Source of the DNA: an uncultured Actinomycetes bacterium
GTDB lineage: Bacteria; Actinomycetota; UBA4738; HRBIN12
Length of the DNA stretch: 64,000 nucleotides
Reading direction: 5' to 3'
Assembly (NCBI GenBank): GCA_963704725.1
Contig: OY969934.1
Span: 1,408,001 to 1,472,000, forward strand
Part shown: positions 9,672 to 21,469 of the stretch, in pieces
Position numbering within the stretch: the stretch's first letter is position 1
Layout of the letters: each line of letters opens with the position of its first letter
Notes under the pieces: generated by a model
Database searches by the model: none
Told to the model about the DNA's origin: nothing
The model's input: only the letters and a program-made list of their open reading frames with translations
Translations under genes and position numbers: made by a program

Positions 9672-10984
9672 GCGAGTTCCAGGGGCGATCGACGCCCGAG
9701 GGCCGGATGCAGGAGATCATGCGCCGTCGCCTCACCCGGCGCAGCCTCCTGAGGGGGGCGGGCGCCGGCGTGGCGGGCATCAGCTTGGCCTCCTTCCTCG
9801 CCGCCTGCGGGAGCGGGGACGGCGGCTCCGGCGGCGGTGGCGACGGTGGCGACGGCGGGACGGACCCGAGCCAGATCTTCTCGACACCCGACGCGGAGCA
9901 GCACGTCGAGTTCGCCAACTGGCCGCTGTACATCGACAAGGCGAAGGACGACAGCGGAACCGTGTTCAATCCCTCGCTCCGCCAGTTCACGGACGACACG
10001 GGCATCAGCGTGAACTACCTGGAGATCATCCAGAGCAACGAGGAGTTCTTCGCCCGGATTCAACCCGTGCTCGCCGCCGGCGACTCGACCGGCTACGACA
10101 TCATCGTCATCACGAACGGGCGGCAGCTCACGGCGCTGATGGCCAACGAGTGGGTCCTGCCCCTCGATCCGGCCAAGCGTCCGAATTTCGACGCCAACGG
10201 CGCGGCCTGGGCCAAGAGCCCGATCTACGACCAGGGGAACGCGCACTCGATGGCGTGGCAGTCCGGGATCACGGGGATCGCCGTCAACCATGATCTCGCC
10301 ACCGGCGAGATCACGAAGATGGAGGACCTGCTCGACTCCAGCAAGCTGCCCGACGCGAGCGTGGGGATGATCTCCGGCGACGCCGCGGACTGGACGATGA
10401 TCAACCTGGGCATCGACCCGACGACGTCGGGACCGGCGGAGTGGCAACAGGCCGCCGACTGGCTGAGCCAGCTCCGCGAAGCGCCGACGTTCCGCAAGTT
10501 CTACGACCAGGGCTACGCCGACGACATGACGTCGGGGAACCTCGGGGCCACGATGGCGTGGTCGGGCGACGTCCTGTACTACGCGCAGTGGGCGGGCTAC
10601 GACAACCTCGAGTTCGTGTTCCCCGAGGGCGGCGCGCTGCTGTGGATCGACAACATGATGATCCCGGCCGGGGCCCAGCATCCCGTCAGCGCGTACACGC
10701 TGATGGACTACGTGTACAAGCCCGAGATCGCCGCGATGATCACCGAGTTCGTCCTGTACATGTCGCCGTGCCCGTCGACGAGCGACGTGATCTCGCAGGA
10801 TGCGGACAAGGCGGAGGCGGACGGCTCGAAGGGGCTCGCCAACAAGCTCCGCCTCACGGCCCAGAGCCCGTTCCTGTATCCGGACGATGCGTTCCTGGCG
10901 AAGACGTCGTTCGGGTTCAGCGATTGGACGGACGAGGCGGCCTCCGAGTGGGACTCCATCTTCAACTCGGTCATCTACGGCTGA
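9668..10984 (+). CDS. potD: Polyamine-type ABC substrate-binding lipoprotein with Tat signal
   Basis: TRRSLL Tat motif, lipobox LAAC, NWPLYID, AWSGD, PEGG.LWIDNM. Confidence 0.82.
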   Translation: MSEFQGRSTPEGRMQEIMRRRLTRRSLLRGAGAGVAGISLASFLAACGSGDGGSGGGGDGGDGGTDPSQIFSTPDAEQHVEFANWPLYIDKAKDDSGTVFNPSLRQFTDDTGISVNYLEIIQSNEEFFARIQPVLAAGDSTGYDIIVITNGRQLTALMANEWVLPLDPAKRPNFDANGAAWAKSPIYDQGNAHSMAWQSGITGIAVNHDLATGEITKMEDLLDSSKLPDASVGMISGDAADWTMINLGIDPTTSGPAEWQQAADWLSQLREAPTFRKFYDQGYADDMTSGNLGATMAWSGDVLYYAQWAGYDNLEFVFPEGGALLWIDNMMIPAGAQHPVSAYTLMDYVYKPEIAAMITEFVLYMSPCPSTSDVISQDADKAEADGSKGLANKLRLTAQSPFLYPDDAFLAKTSFGFSDWTDEAASEWDSIFNSVIYG

Positions 10985-11009
10985 GGATGCTCGGAGCGGC
11001 GGGCCGTCG

Positions 11010-11915
11010 ATGAGCGCCGATGCGCCTCCCGTCGTGCGCGGAGGCGGCGGGTCGGTCCGCAAGCGACTGATCCCCTACGCGCTGGCCTCCCCCGGCCTGG
11101 GATGGCTCGTCGTCCTGTTCCTCCTGCCCATGGTGTTCATGGTGACCACGGCGCTGTCGAGCGGCGGACTGATCTCGGGCGGCTTCCACTTCGCCTGGGA
11201 CTGGAGCAACTTCGAGGCCGTCTCGGAGAACCGCGCCTACTACGTGCGCTCGATCGAGTACTCGTTGCTGACCACGGTCTTCGCGCTGCTGCTGTCGTAC
11301 CCGCTCGCGTACTGGATCGCGTTCCACGGCGGCCGGTTCAAGTCGACGCTGCTCTTCCTGGTCCTGCTGCCGTTCTTCGTGTCCTACGTGGTGCGGACGG
11401 TGCAGTGGCGATTCATCCTGGCCGACCACGGGATCCTGTTCGGGCCGCTCAAGAACCTCGGGCTGCTCCCGGACAACTTCCACGTCCTGGCCACGTCGAT
11501 CTCGGTCGTCGCGGGCATGACCTACAACTTCCTGCCGTTCACCATGTTCCCGCTCTATGTCGCGCTCGAGCGGATCGATGGGTCGCTGGTCGAGGCGGCG
11601 AAGGATCTGTACGCGAGCAAGAGGCAGGCCTTCCTCAAGGTCGTGCTGCCGCTCTCGCTCCCCGGCGTGTTCGCGGCGTCGCTGCTGACGTTCGTCCCCG
11701 CCACGGGCGACTACGTCGAGGCGGAGATCCTCGGGTCCCCGAGCACGACGATGATCGGGAACATCATCCAGCGCAAGTTCCTGGTGGAGCTGAACTACCC
11801 GCAGGCGGCGGCGCTCTCGATCGTGCTCATGATCGGGATGCTGGTCCTGGTGAGCATCTACGCGCGGGTCCTCGGGACGGAAGAGGTCGCCTCGGCGGCC
11901 GCGGCGGGACCATGA
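11010..11915 (+). CDS. potB: Polyamine-type ABC transporter permease
   Basis: TM helices, EAA loop (LVEAAKDLYA), YNFLPF..PLY. Confidence 0.85.
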   Translation: MSADAPPVVRGGGGSVRKRLIPYALASPGLGWLVVLFLLPMVFMVTTALSSGGLISGGFHFAWDWSNFEAVSENRAYYVRSIEYSLLTTVFALLLSYPLAYWIAFHGGRFKSTLLFLVLLPFFVSYVVRTVQWRFILADHGILFGPLKNLGLLPDNFHVLATSISVVAGMTYNFLPFTMFPLYVALERIDGSLVEAAKDLYASKRQAFLKVVLPLSLPGVFAASLLTFVPATGDYVEAEILGSPSTTMIGNIIQRKFLVELNYPQAAALSIVLMIGMLVLVSIYARVLGTEEVASAAAAGP

Positions 11916-12775
11916 GCGCGGTCGCGACGGCACCGGTGACCCCGACGGCGGCCGACCGCCCGCCCCTCAACGAGCCGAGGAAGCGGGTCACCAGGTTGGT
12001 GCTGCCCGTCTACGCCGTCGTCATGATGGTCTACCTGGCGAGCCCGATCTTCCTGATGATCCTGTACGGGTTCAACAACGTCCCGAACCCGCCCGGGCGC
12101 CAGGCATCGAGGTTCTACGGGTGGACGACCCAGTGGTGGAGGAACCTGTTCGACGTGCCCGAGCTCAGCGCGGCGCTGCGGCACTCGATCAGCATCGCGA
12201 TCCCGAGCGCGATCGTGGCGACGCTCATCGGTACGCTGCTCGGGCTGGTGTTGGGCCGCTATCGCTTCAAGGGGCAGGCACCGACGATGTACGTGATCTT
12301 CCTGGCGATCGCCGTCCCCGAGATCGTGCTGGGGTCCTCCCTCCTCAGCGGGTTCGTCAAGGCCCAGACGCCGCCGCTCGGGTTCTGGACGCTCATCCTG
12401 TCCCACATCACCTTCAGCATCCCGTTCGTCGCCGTGACCGTGCGGGCCCGGGTGCAGGGGATGGACCGATCCCTGGAGGACGCGGCGCAGGATCTGTTCG
12501 CGAGCCCGGTCGTCGCGTTCTTCAAGGTCACCCTGCCGCTCATCCTGCCGGGGATCCTGGCGGGGGGGATGCTGGCGTTCGTCCTGTCGCTCGATGACTT
12601 CGTCATCTCGAACTTCGTCTTCGGCAGCTACGTGACGTTCCCCATCTGGGTGTTCGGCGCGACCCGGATCGGCCTGCCTCCACAGGTCAACGTGATGGGG
12701 ACGCTGCTGTTCGCGGCGGGCATCATCCTGGCCGTGATGACGGCGCTGCTGCAGCGGCGCGAGGCGAAGGCGTAG
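11912..12775 (+). CDS. potC: Polyamine-type ABC transporter permease
   Basis: LEDAAQDL, LSLDDFVIS; ATGA overlap with the upstream permease. Confidence 0.85.
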   Translation: MSAVATAPVTPTAADRPPLNEPRKRVTRLVLPVYAVVMMVYLASPIFLMILYGFNNVPNPPGRQASRFYGWTTQWWRNLFDVPELSAALRHSISIAIPSAIVATLIGTLLGLVLGRYRFKGQAPTMYVIFLAIAVPEIVLGSSLLSGFVKAQTPPLGFWTLILSHITFSIPFVAVTVRARVQGMDRSLEDAAQDLFASPVVAFFKVTLPLILPGILAGGMLAFVLSLDDFVISNFVFGSYVTFPIWVFGATRIGLPPQVNVMGTLLFAAGIILAVMTALLQRREAKA

Positions 12776-12800
12776 TTCCCGCGGCCGGGACCCTCAACGC

Positions 12801-12818
12801 TCGTGAAAACCTTCACAA
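12801..12818. promoter_or_regulatory. Rex operator (ROP)-like site upstream of the atp operon
   Basis: TCGTGAA-AACC-TTCACAA, one mismatch from the consensus TTGTGAA-N4-TTCACAA. Confidence 0.7.
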
Positions 12819-12867
12819 GCGACACCCGAAACGGCCTTCTACCAGGGCAAACGGGTCGGTCCGACCT

Positions 12868-12896
12868 TTGACGGCCGATTGGGCCACGTCTATACT
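12868..12896 (+). promoter_or_regulatory. Housekeeping sigma promoter of the atp operon
   Basis: TTGACG-N17-TATACT, 9 nt before ATG 12906. Confidence 0.75.
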
Positions 12897-12905
12897 CACG
12901 CTCCC

Positions 12906-13136
12906 ATGCCCGAGCCTGAGCCGAGGAACGCATGGTCCGGCATGGGGGTCGGTTGGGCGATCGCCAGCACGATCGTGGCGGGCATCGCCGCGGTGGGCGG
13001 CCTCGGGTACCTGGTGGACCTGCTCGTCGGCACGGACCAGCACGTCTTCGCCGGGTTGGGGTTCCTGATCGGCGGGTTCGGCGGCATGTACGTGGTCTTT
13101 CTCAGGTGGGGGAGGGGGAACGGCGAGGATGGTTGA
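12906..13136 (+). CDS. AtpZ/AtpI family small membrane protein
   Basis: Two TM helices with GGLGYLVD; first gene of the atp operon. Confidence 0.75.
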   Translation: MPEPEPRNAWSGMGVGWAIASTIVAGIAAVGGLGYLVDLLVGTDQHVFAGLGFLIGGFGGMYVVFLRWGRGNGEDG

Positions 13137-13539
13137 GCCCGAGCGCGAGCTCGTTCGCCGGGCTTCTCCGTTCATCCCCGTGGCGATCGCCGTCGCGTTC
13201 GGCGTGGGGGCGGTGGCCGCCGGAACGGACGCCGCCTGGTCGGCCTCGATCGGCGTGGCGGTCGTGGCCGCGAACTTCGTGGCGAACGCCCTGTCCATCG
13301 CCTGGGCGGCCAGGATCTCGCCGACGCTCGTGGCGGCCGTCGCGCTCGGCGGGTTCTTCCTGCGGATGGCCGTGATCGTGATCGCCCTGGTACTGCTGAA
13401 CACGCTCGGATGGTTCTCGCCCACCGCGTTCGCGCTCACGGTGGTTCCGGCCACGGTCGTGCTGCTCGTGTTCGAGGCCCGCGCACTCGGCGGCCGGATG
13501 CAGGCCGACCTGTGGTCGTTCGACGAGGCCCGACGTTGA
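13129..13539 (+). CDS. atpI: ATP synthase protein I
   Basis: Four-TM protein immediately before atpB. Confidence 0.75.
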   Translation: MVEPERELVRRASPFIPVAIAVAFGVGAVAAGTDAAWSASIGVAVVAANFVANALSIAWAARISPTLVAAVALGGFFLRMAVIVIALVLLNTLGWFSPTAFALTVVPATVVLLVFEARALGGRMQADLWSFDEARR

Positions 13540-14333
13540 TCGGCGCGATCCTCGGCGCCGAGTTCGAGCCCCCCAGCACCAAGGACTTCGTCTTCGGATG
13601 CTGGGGCGGCGAGATCGACATCCTCGGATTCCACATCTGCCTGAACTTCATCACGTTCCTGGTCCTGCTCACGTTCATCACGTTTCTGGGCCTGTTCTAT
13701 TTCGGCCTGCGCAAGCCTCGGGTCGTGCCCGGCAGGTTCCAGGCACTCATGGAGATGTCGATCGGGTTCGTCCGGGAGCAGATCGCGGTCCCCATGCTCG
13801 GCCCGCAGGCCGACCGGTACCTCCCGCTGCTCGCGTCCTTCTTCTTCTTCATCCTGATCGGCAACATGTTCGAGGTGATCCCCGGCTTCAACTTCTCCGC
13901 CAACAGCCGGGTGGCGACCCCGCTCACGCTGGCGATCATCTCGTGGGTCGTCTACAACGGGGCGGGGATCGCGAAGCACGGGTTCCTCGGCTACCTCAAG
14001 CACACGTGCATCATCGACGAGGCGCCGGCCATCCTCCGCTACACGCTGATGCTGCTGATCGAGTTCGTCTCGAACATCATCGTGCGGCCGATCACCCTGA
14101 CCGTCCGACTCGCGGCCAACTTCCTCGCCGGTCACTTCCTGCTGGCGATCTTCTTCCTGGGGACGGTCTTCTTCCTCCAGGACGGACCGAAGACCTGGGT
14201 CCTGGTGGCGTTCTCGTTCCCGCTCTCCATCGTGGTCGTCGGTTTCGAGATCTTCGTCTCGATCCTGCAGGCATTCATCTTCACGATCCTCACCGCCTCC
14301 TACATCGGGCAGGCAGTGGCTGAGGAGCACTAG
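13536..14333 (+). CDS. atpB: F0F1 ATP synthase subunit a
   Basis: VPGRFQ, RPITLTVRLAANFLAGH, LQAFIFTILT; TTG start overlaps the atpI stop. Confidence 0.95.
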   Translation: MIGAILGAEFEPPSTKDFVFGCWGGEIDILGFHICLNFITFLVLLTFITFLGLFYFGLRKPRVVPGRFQALMEMSIGFVREQIAVPMLGPQADRYLPLLASFFFFILIGNMFEVIPGFNFSANSRVATPLTLAIISWVVYNGAGIAKHGFLGYLKHTCIIDEAPAILRYTLMLLIEFVSNIIVRPITLTVRLAANFLAGHFLLAIFFLGTVFFLQDGPKTWVLVAFSFPLSIVVVGFEIFVSILQAFIFTILTASYIGQAVAEEH

Positions 14334-14594
<261 letters not shown>

Positions 14595-14605
14595 GAGGCG
14601 AGGTC

Positions 14606-15178
14606 GTGTTCCCAGGCGCAACCTTCATCCTCGCCCAGGCCGCTGAGAGCGTCAGCGACAAGGAAGACCTGTATCCGCACGCGAGCGAGCTCATCGTCGG
14701 CGCGATCTGTTTCGCCATCCTGTTCTTCTTCATGTGGAAATGGGTGGTCCCGCAGGCCAACAAGATGCTCGAGGCGCGTCGCGAGAAGATCCAGGGCGAC
14801 CTCGAGCATGCCGAGCAGACGCGCTCGGAGGCCGACCGCATGCTGGCCGACTACCGCGACCAGCTCTCCGGCGCTCGAGACGAGGCGAACCGGATCATCG
14901 AGGAGGCGCGCAAGACCGCCGACCAGCTCCGGCGGGACCTCCAGGCCAAGGCCGAGCAGGAGTCGCAGGTCATCGTGGCGCGCGCCCAGGACGAGATCCG
15001 AGCCGAGCGTGACCGCGTCCTTCAGGAGCTCGGCTCCCAGGTCGGCCAGATCGCCCTCGAGCTGGCCGGGCGCGTCGTAGGACGCTCGCTCGACGAGCAG
15101 GGCCACGAGCGTCTGGTCGACGAGTACATCGAGCTCGTCGGCGGCGCGGCCGGCAACGGCGCCTCGAAAGGGGAGTAG
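14606..15178 (+). CDS. atpF: F0F1 ATP synthase subunit b
   Basis: N-terminal TM followed by a charged coiled coil; operon position. Confidence 0.95.
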   Translation: MFPGATFILAQAAESVSDKEDLYPHASELIVGAICFAILFFFMWKWVVPQANKMLEARREKIQGDLEHAEQTRSEADRMLADYRDQLSGARDEANRIIEEARKTADQLRRDLQAKAEQESQVIVARAQDEIRAERDRVLQELGSQVGQIALELAGRVVGRSLDEQGHERLVDEYIELVGGAAGNGASKGE

Positions 15179-15721
15179 GTGGCCGAGCGCGACGAGTTGG
15201 TCCGGGGCTACGCGGAGGCCCTGTTCGCCGTGGCGGATGCCGAGGAGGAGCTCGGCGCCGTGGAGGACCAGCTCTACGCGTTCGGCAAGCTGGTCGAACG
15301 CGACGCGAAGGTTCGAGACGCCCTGGCCGACCCCGCGCTCCCGGTCGAGAACAAGAAGGGCCTGATCCGCGACCTCCTCGGCGAGCGGGCCAACCCCGTC
15401 GCGGTCAACCTCCTCGGCCTGATCGTCGACCTCGAGCGCGGCCGCGACATCGGTCACATCGTCGAGGGATTCGTGGCCGTCGCGGCGGAGCGCCGCAAGC
15501 ACCAGCTGGCCGAGGTGCGCTCCGCCGTGCCGCTGGACGCCGCGCGGCGCGAGCAGCTCGCCGCCGCCCTGTCCAAGGCCACCGGCCGGACGGTCGAGGT
15601 CAAGGTCGTCGTCGACCCCAGCGTGATCGGCGGCGTCGTCGCCCGGCTCGGGGACGAGGTCTTCGACGGCACGATCCGCACCCGGCTGCGCGAGGTGCGC
15701 GAGCGGCTGGCCGGCACCTGA
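15179..15721 (+). CDS. atpH: F0F1 ATP synthase subunit delta
   Basis: [29 protein letters not shown]. Confidence 0.95.
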   Translation: MAERDELVRGYAEALFAVADAEEELGAVEDQLYAFGKLVERDAKVRDALADPALPVENKKGLIRDLLGERANPVAVNLLGLIVDLERGRDIGHIVEGFVAVAAERRKHQLAEVRSAVPLDAARREQLAAALSKATGRTVEVKVVVDPSVIGGVVARLGDEVFDGTIRTRLREVRERLAGT

Positions 15722-15756
15722 GGCAACCCCAGACCGACGAAGAGGAACGAGGAGCG

Positions 15757-17430
15757 ATGGCGCTGAACATCGAAGCGTTCGACCCGAAGCGGATCGCCGA
15801 GGCCCTGCGGCGCAACGTGGAGGGCTGGACCCCGTCGGTCGAGCGCGAAGAGGTGGGCCGGGTCCTCCTCGCGGGCGACGGCATCGCGCGGGTCAAGGGC
15901 CTGCCGAACGCGATGGCCAACGAGCTGCTCGAGTTCCCCGGCGGCGTCCTCGGCCTGGCGTCCAACCTGGACGAGGACGACATCGGCTGCATCATCCTCG
16001 GCGAGTCCGAGCACATCGAGGAGGGGGATCTCGTCAAGCAGACGGGGCGGGTCCTCTCGGTGCCGGTGGGGGACGGGTTCCTCGGCCGGGTGATCGACCC
16101 GCTCGGCAACCCCATCGACGGGAACGGGCCGATCCAGGCGGCCGATCGGCGTATCCTCGAGGTCCAGGCGGCGAACGTGATCGATCGCCAGCCGGTGAAG
16201 GAACCGCTGCAGACCGGGATCGCGGCGATCGACGCGATGACGCCGATCGGGCGGGGCCAGCGCGAGCTCATCATCGGCGACCGGCAGACGGGCAAGACCG
16301 CGATCGCGATCGACGCCATCATCGCCCAGCGCGACAACTGGGCGAGCGGCGACCCCAAGCGGCAGGTCCGGTGCATCTACGTCGCGGTCGGCCAGAAGGC
16401 GTCGACCGTGGCCGAGGTCGTGGAGACCTTCCGCGCCAACGGCGCCCTCGACTACACGGTGATCGTGAACGCGTCGGCCTCCGACCCGGCGCCGTTCCAG
16501 TACATCGCGCCGTACTCGGGCGCGGCCCTCGGCGCGTACTGGATGTACGAGGGCCTGCACGCCTTGGCGGTCTACGATGACCTGTCGAAGCAGGCCACCG
16601 CCTACCGGACGCTGTCGCTGCTGCTGCGGCGGCCGCCCGGACGCGAGGCCTATCCGGGCGACGTGTTCTACCTGCACTCGCGGCTGCTCGAGCGCGCCGC
16701 CAAGCTCTCGGACCGGCTTGGCGGAGGTTCGCTCACCGCGCTGCCGATCATCGAGACCAAGGGCAACGACGTGTCGGCGTACATCCCCACCAACGTCATC
16801 TCGATCACGGACGGCCAGATCTACCTGGAGCCCGACCTGTTCTTCGCCGGCGTGCGGCCCGCGATCAACGTCGGCATCTCGGTGTCGCGGGTCGGCGGCA
16901 ACGCCCAGATCAAGGCGATGAAGAAGGTGGCCGGGCGGCTGCGCATCGACCTCGCGCAGTACCGGGCGCTCGAGGCGTTCGCCCAGTTCGGCTCCGAGCT
17001 CGACAAGGCCTCGCAGCGCCAGCTGGCGCGGGGCGCTCGGGTCGTCGAGATCCTGAAGCAGCCCCAGTACCGGCCGGCGTCCGTCGAGCGCCAGGTGGTG
17101 GCGATCTGGGTGGGGACGGGTGGGTACCTCGACGACCTGGTGGTGGAGGACGCGAGGCGCTTCGTCGACGAGTTCCTCGACCGGCTCGCCGCCGGGACCA
17201 AGGTCCTGGACTCGATCCGCGAGTCCGGGGATCTCTCGGACGAGACCGAGGCCACGTTGAAGCAGGCCATCGAGGACTTCACCCATGCCTTCGCGGCCAC
17301 GGATCCCGACGCGGGAAGCGAGCACGGGGCGGGCCCCGGCGGCGCGCGCGATGCGATCCGCGAGGACGTCGGGTGGGAGCGAATCTCCTCCCACGACGAC
17401 GTCGACGACGCCGAGGTTCCGGGCGAGTAG
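15757..17430 (+). CDS. atpA: F0F1 ATP synthase subunit alpha
   Basis: [30 protein letters not shown]. Confidence 0.99.
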   Translation: MALNIEAFDPKRIAEALRRNVEGWTPSVEREEVGRVLLAGDGIARVKGLPNAMANELLEFPGGVLGLASNLDEDDIGCIILGESEHIEEGDLVKQTGRVLSVPVGDGFLGRVIDPLGNPIDGNGPIQAADRRILEVQAANVIDRQPVKEPLQTGIAAIDAMTPIGRGQRELIIGDRQTGKTAIAIDAIIAQRDNWASGDPKRQVRCIYVAVGQKASTVAEVVETFRANGALDYTVIVNASASDPAPFQYIAPYSGAALGAYWMYEGLHALAVYDDLSKQATAYRTLSLLLRRPPGREAYPGDVFYLHSRLLERAAKLSDRLGGGSLTALPIIETKGNDVSAYIPTNVISITDGQIYLEPDLFFAGVRPAINVGISVSRVGGNAQIKAMKKVAGRLRIDLAQYRALEAFAQFGSELDKASQRQLARGARVVEILKQPQYRPASVERQVVAIWVGTGGYLDDLVVEDARRFVDEFLDRLAAGTKVLDSIRESGDLSDETEATLKQAIEDFTHAFAATDPDAGSEHGAGPGGARDAIREDVGWERISSHDDVDDAEVPGE

Positions 17431-17433
17431 CGG

Positions 17434-18321
17434 ATGGGTGCGCAGCTCCGGGTCGTCCGCCGGCGGATCCGCTCGGTCCAGTCGACGATGAAGATCACGC
17501 GGGCCATGGAGCTCATCGCGGCCTCGCGCATCGTGAAGGCCCAGCAGCGTGTGATCGAGGCCCGGCCCTACGCCGACCTGCTCACGTCGGCCATGGAGGA
17601 CGTCGCCCGGCAGACCGGGTTCCTCGTCCACCCCCTGCTGGAGGAGCGGGAGCACCCCGAGCGGGCCGGGGTCCTCGTGATGACCTCGGACCGGGGGCTC
17701 TCGGGCTCGTACAACGCCAACGTCCTCAAGCGGGCCGAGGCGGTGCTCGGCCGCGTCCGGCGCGCCGGCCACGAGCCCGTGATCTACGCAGTCGGCAAGA
17801 AGTCGATCGGGTACTTCCGGTTCCGCGCGGTGCCGGTCGAGGCGTCGTGGTCCGGTTTCTCGGAGGTGCCGAACTACCCGGCCGCCGAGGAGATCGGCGC
17901 GCGATTGATCCGGGACTTCGCGGAGCGCCGGATCGACCAGCTCTTCGTCGTCTACACCGATTTCCGGACGTCGTTCACGTTCCGCGCCACGGACAAGCGG
18001 TTCCTGCCGATCGCGCCCGAGGAGGTCGGTCATCCGGAGGGCCCGCCGAGCGCGGAGTACCTGTTCGAGCCGGAGCCGGCGGAGATCCTCGACGACCTGC
18101 TTCCCCAGTACGTCGTGACGAAGATCTTCTTCGCGCTGCTCGAGTCCGCGGCGTCCGAGAACGCGGCGCGCCAGCGGGCCATGGCCGCCGCGACCGACAA
18201 CGCCGAGGAGCTCATCAAGGTGCTTACCCGGCAGGCCAACCGGGCCCGCCAGGACGAGATCACCACGGAGATCATGGAGATCGTGGGCGGCGCCGAGGCG
18301 CTCGCGCACGCAGAGGAGTGA
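17434..18321 (+). CDS. atpG: F0F1 ATP synthase subunit gamma
   Basis: KITRAMELIAAS, SDRGLSG, NRARQDEITTEIMEIVGGA. Confidence 0.98.
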   Translation: MGAQLRVVRRRIRSVQSTMKITRAMELIAASRIVKAQQRVIEARPYADLLTSAMEDVARQTGFLVHPLLEEREHPERAGVLVMTSDRGLSGSYNANVLKRAEAVLGRVRRAGHEPVIYAVGKKSIGYFRFRAVPVEASWSGFSEVPNYPAAEEIGARLIRDFAERRIDQLFVVYTDFRTSFTFRATDKRFLPIAPEEVGHPEGPPSAEYLFEPEPAEILDDLLPQYVVTKIFFALLESAASENAARQRAMAAATDNAEELIKVLTRQANRARQDEITTEIMEIVGGAEALAHAEE

Positions 18322-19752
<1,431 letters not shown>

Positions 19753-19754
19753 CC

Positions 19755-20153
19755 TTGGCCACGATGGACGTGCACCTCGTCACGCCCGAGCGGGAGGTGT
19801 GGACCGGCCGGGCCCAGATGGTCGTGGCCAAGGGGGTCGAGGGCATGGTGGGCATCCTGCCCGGCCACGCCCCGCTCCTGATCCGCCTCGCGATCTCGGA
19901 GATGAAGCTCCAGCTCGAGGACGGGAGGTGGGAGTTCGCGGTGGCGGACGGGGGGTTCCTGCACGTCACGACCGGCGAGGAGGGAACCCGCGTCGACATC
20001 CTGGCGTCCCACGCGCAGATGGCGGGCGAGATCGACGCGGTCGCGGCGCAGGCCCGTGTGGCGGAGCTCGAACGTCAGCTCGCGCAGCACGCGGACGCGG
20101 GAGCCGCGGTCGAGCTGGCCAAAGCCCACGCCCGGGCGAACCTGCGCCGGTGA
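19755..20153 (+). CDS. atpC: F0F1 ATP synthase subunit epsilon
   Basis: LVTPER, GILPGHAP, GGFLHV; start is TTG 19755 or ATG 19764. Confidence 0.95.
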   Translation: MATMDVHLVTPEREVWTGRAQMVVAKGVEGMVGILPGHAPLLIRLAISEMKLQLEDGRWEFAVADGGFLHVTTGEEGTRVDILASHAQMAGEIDAVAAQARVAELERQLAQHADAGAAVELAKAHARANLRR

Positions 20154-20197
20154 GGGTCCTGGGGGCCGCGCTCCCGCGGCCCTAGGATGGGAGGCAC

Positions 20198-21469
20198 ATG
20201 GATCGACTCCTGGTGACGGGGGGGACGAGCCTTCAGGGTGTCGTGCCCATCGCCGGCGCGAAGAACTCGGCGCTGAAGCTCATGTCGGCCGCGCTCCTTG
20301 CTCGCGGTCGGACCACGATCCACAACGTCCCCCGGATCCAGGACTGCGTGACGATGGTCGAGGTGCTCGAGGGTCTGGGCGCCGCGTGCCTGTGGGAGGA
20401 CGGCACGCTCGTCGTCGATACGACCTCGGTGGAGCCGCTCGAGACCCCTTACGAGCTGGTGAGCCGGATGCGCGCCTCGATCCTGGTCCTCGGCCCGCTC
20501 CTGGCCCGGTTCGGCCACGCGCGGGTGGCGATGCCCGGCGGGTGCAACATCGGATCGCGCAAGATCGACCTCCACGTCCGCGGCCTCGAGAAGATGGGCG
20601 CGCGCTTCTCCTCCGAGCACGGCTATCTCGAGGGGACCACCGCCGGTCTCCGCGGCGCGATCATCTCGCTCGACTTCCCGAGCGTCGGGGCGACCGAGAA
20701 CGTGATGATGGCCGCCGTCGCCGCGCGGGGCACGACCGTCATCGAGAACGCCGCCCGCGAGCCCGAGCTCTCGGACCTCGCCGCCTTCCTGTCGTCGATG
20801 GGGGCCAGGATCGAGGGGGTCGGAACCCCCACCGTGGAGATCGAGGGCATCGACGAGTTCCGGCCGACCGAGCACACGGTCCTGCCGGACCGGGTGGAGG
20901 CCGGCACGTTCGCCGTCGCGGCGTGCGTCACGGGCGGCAGCGTGGTGTTGGACGGCGCCCGCAGCGATCACATGGACCTGGTCTTCTCCAAGCTCGCGGA
21001 CGCGGGGGCCGACGTGCTCGCGGTCGAGGGCGGCGTGGCGGTGTCCATGGAGCGCCGGCCCCGCGCCGTCGACCTCGTGACCCTGCCGTACCCGGGCTTC
21101 CCCACGGACCTGCAGCCCCAGATGATGGCGCTGCTCGCGATCTCCGACGGGACGAGCATCGTCACCGAGAACGTGTTCGAGAGCCGGTTCATGTTCGTCG
21201 ACGAGCTGAACCGGATGGGCGCCGACATCCGTACCGAGGGGCACCACGCCGTGATCCGCGGGGTCGACCGGCTCTCGGCCGCTCCCGTGCGCGCCCTGGA
21301 CATCCGAGCCGGCGCCGCCATGGTGATCGCCGCGCTCTCGGCCGACGGGGTGACCGAGATCAACGACATGTACCACGTCGATCGCGGCTACCAGGACTTC
21401 GAGGCGAAGATGACCGCGCTCGGCGCCCGGGTCCGTCGCGAACGCCAGCTCTCGCCCGCCCTGTCGTGA
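20198..21469 (+). CDS. murA: UDP-N-acetylglucosamine 1-carboxyvinyltransferase
   Basis: [22 protein letters not shown] (catalytic Cys present), [12 protein letters not shown]. Confidence 0.97.
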   Translation: MDRLLVTGGTSLQGVVPIAGAKNSALKLMSAALLARGRTTIHNVPRIQDCVTMVEVLEGLGAACLWEDGTLVVDTTSVEPLETPYELVSRMRASILVLGPLLARFGHARVAMPGGCNIGSRKIDLHVRGLEKMGARFSSEHGYLEGTTAGLRGAIISLDFPSVGATENVMMAAVAARGTTVIENAAREPELSDLAAFLSSMGARIEGVGTPTVEIEGIDEFRPTEHTVLPDRVEAGTFAVAACVTGGSVVLDGARSDHMDLVFSKLADAGADVLAVEGGVAVSMERRPRAVDLVTLPYPGFPTDLQPQMMALLAISDGTSIVTENVFESRFMFVDELNRMGADIRTEGHHAVIRGVDRLSAAPVRALDIRAGAAMVIAALSADGVTEINDMYHVDRGYQDFEAKMTALGARVRRERQLSPALS

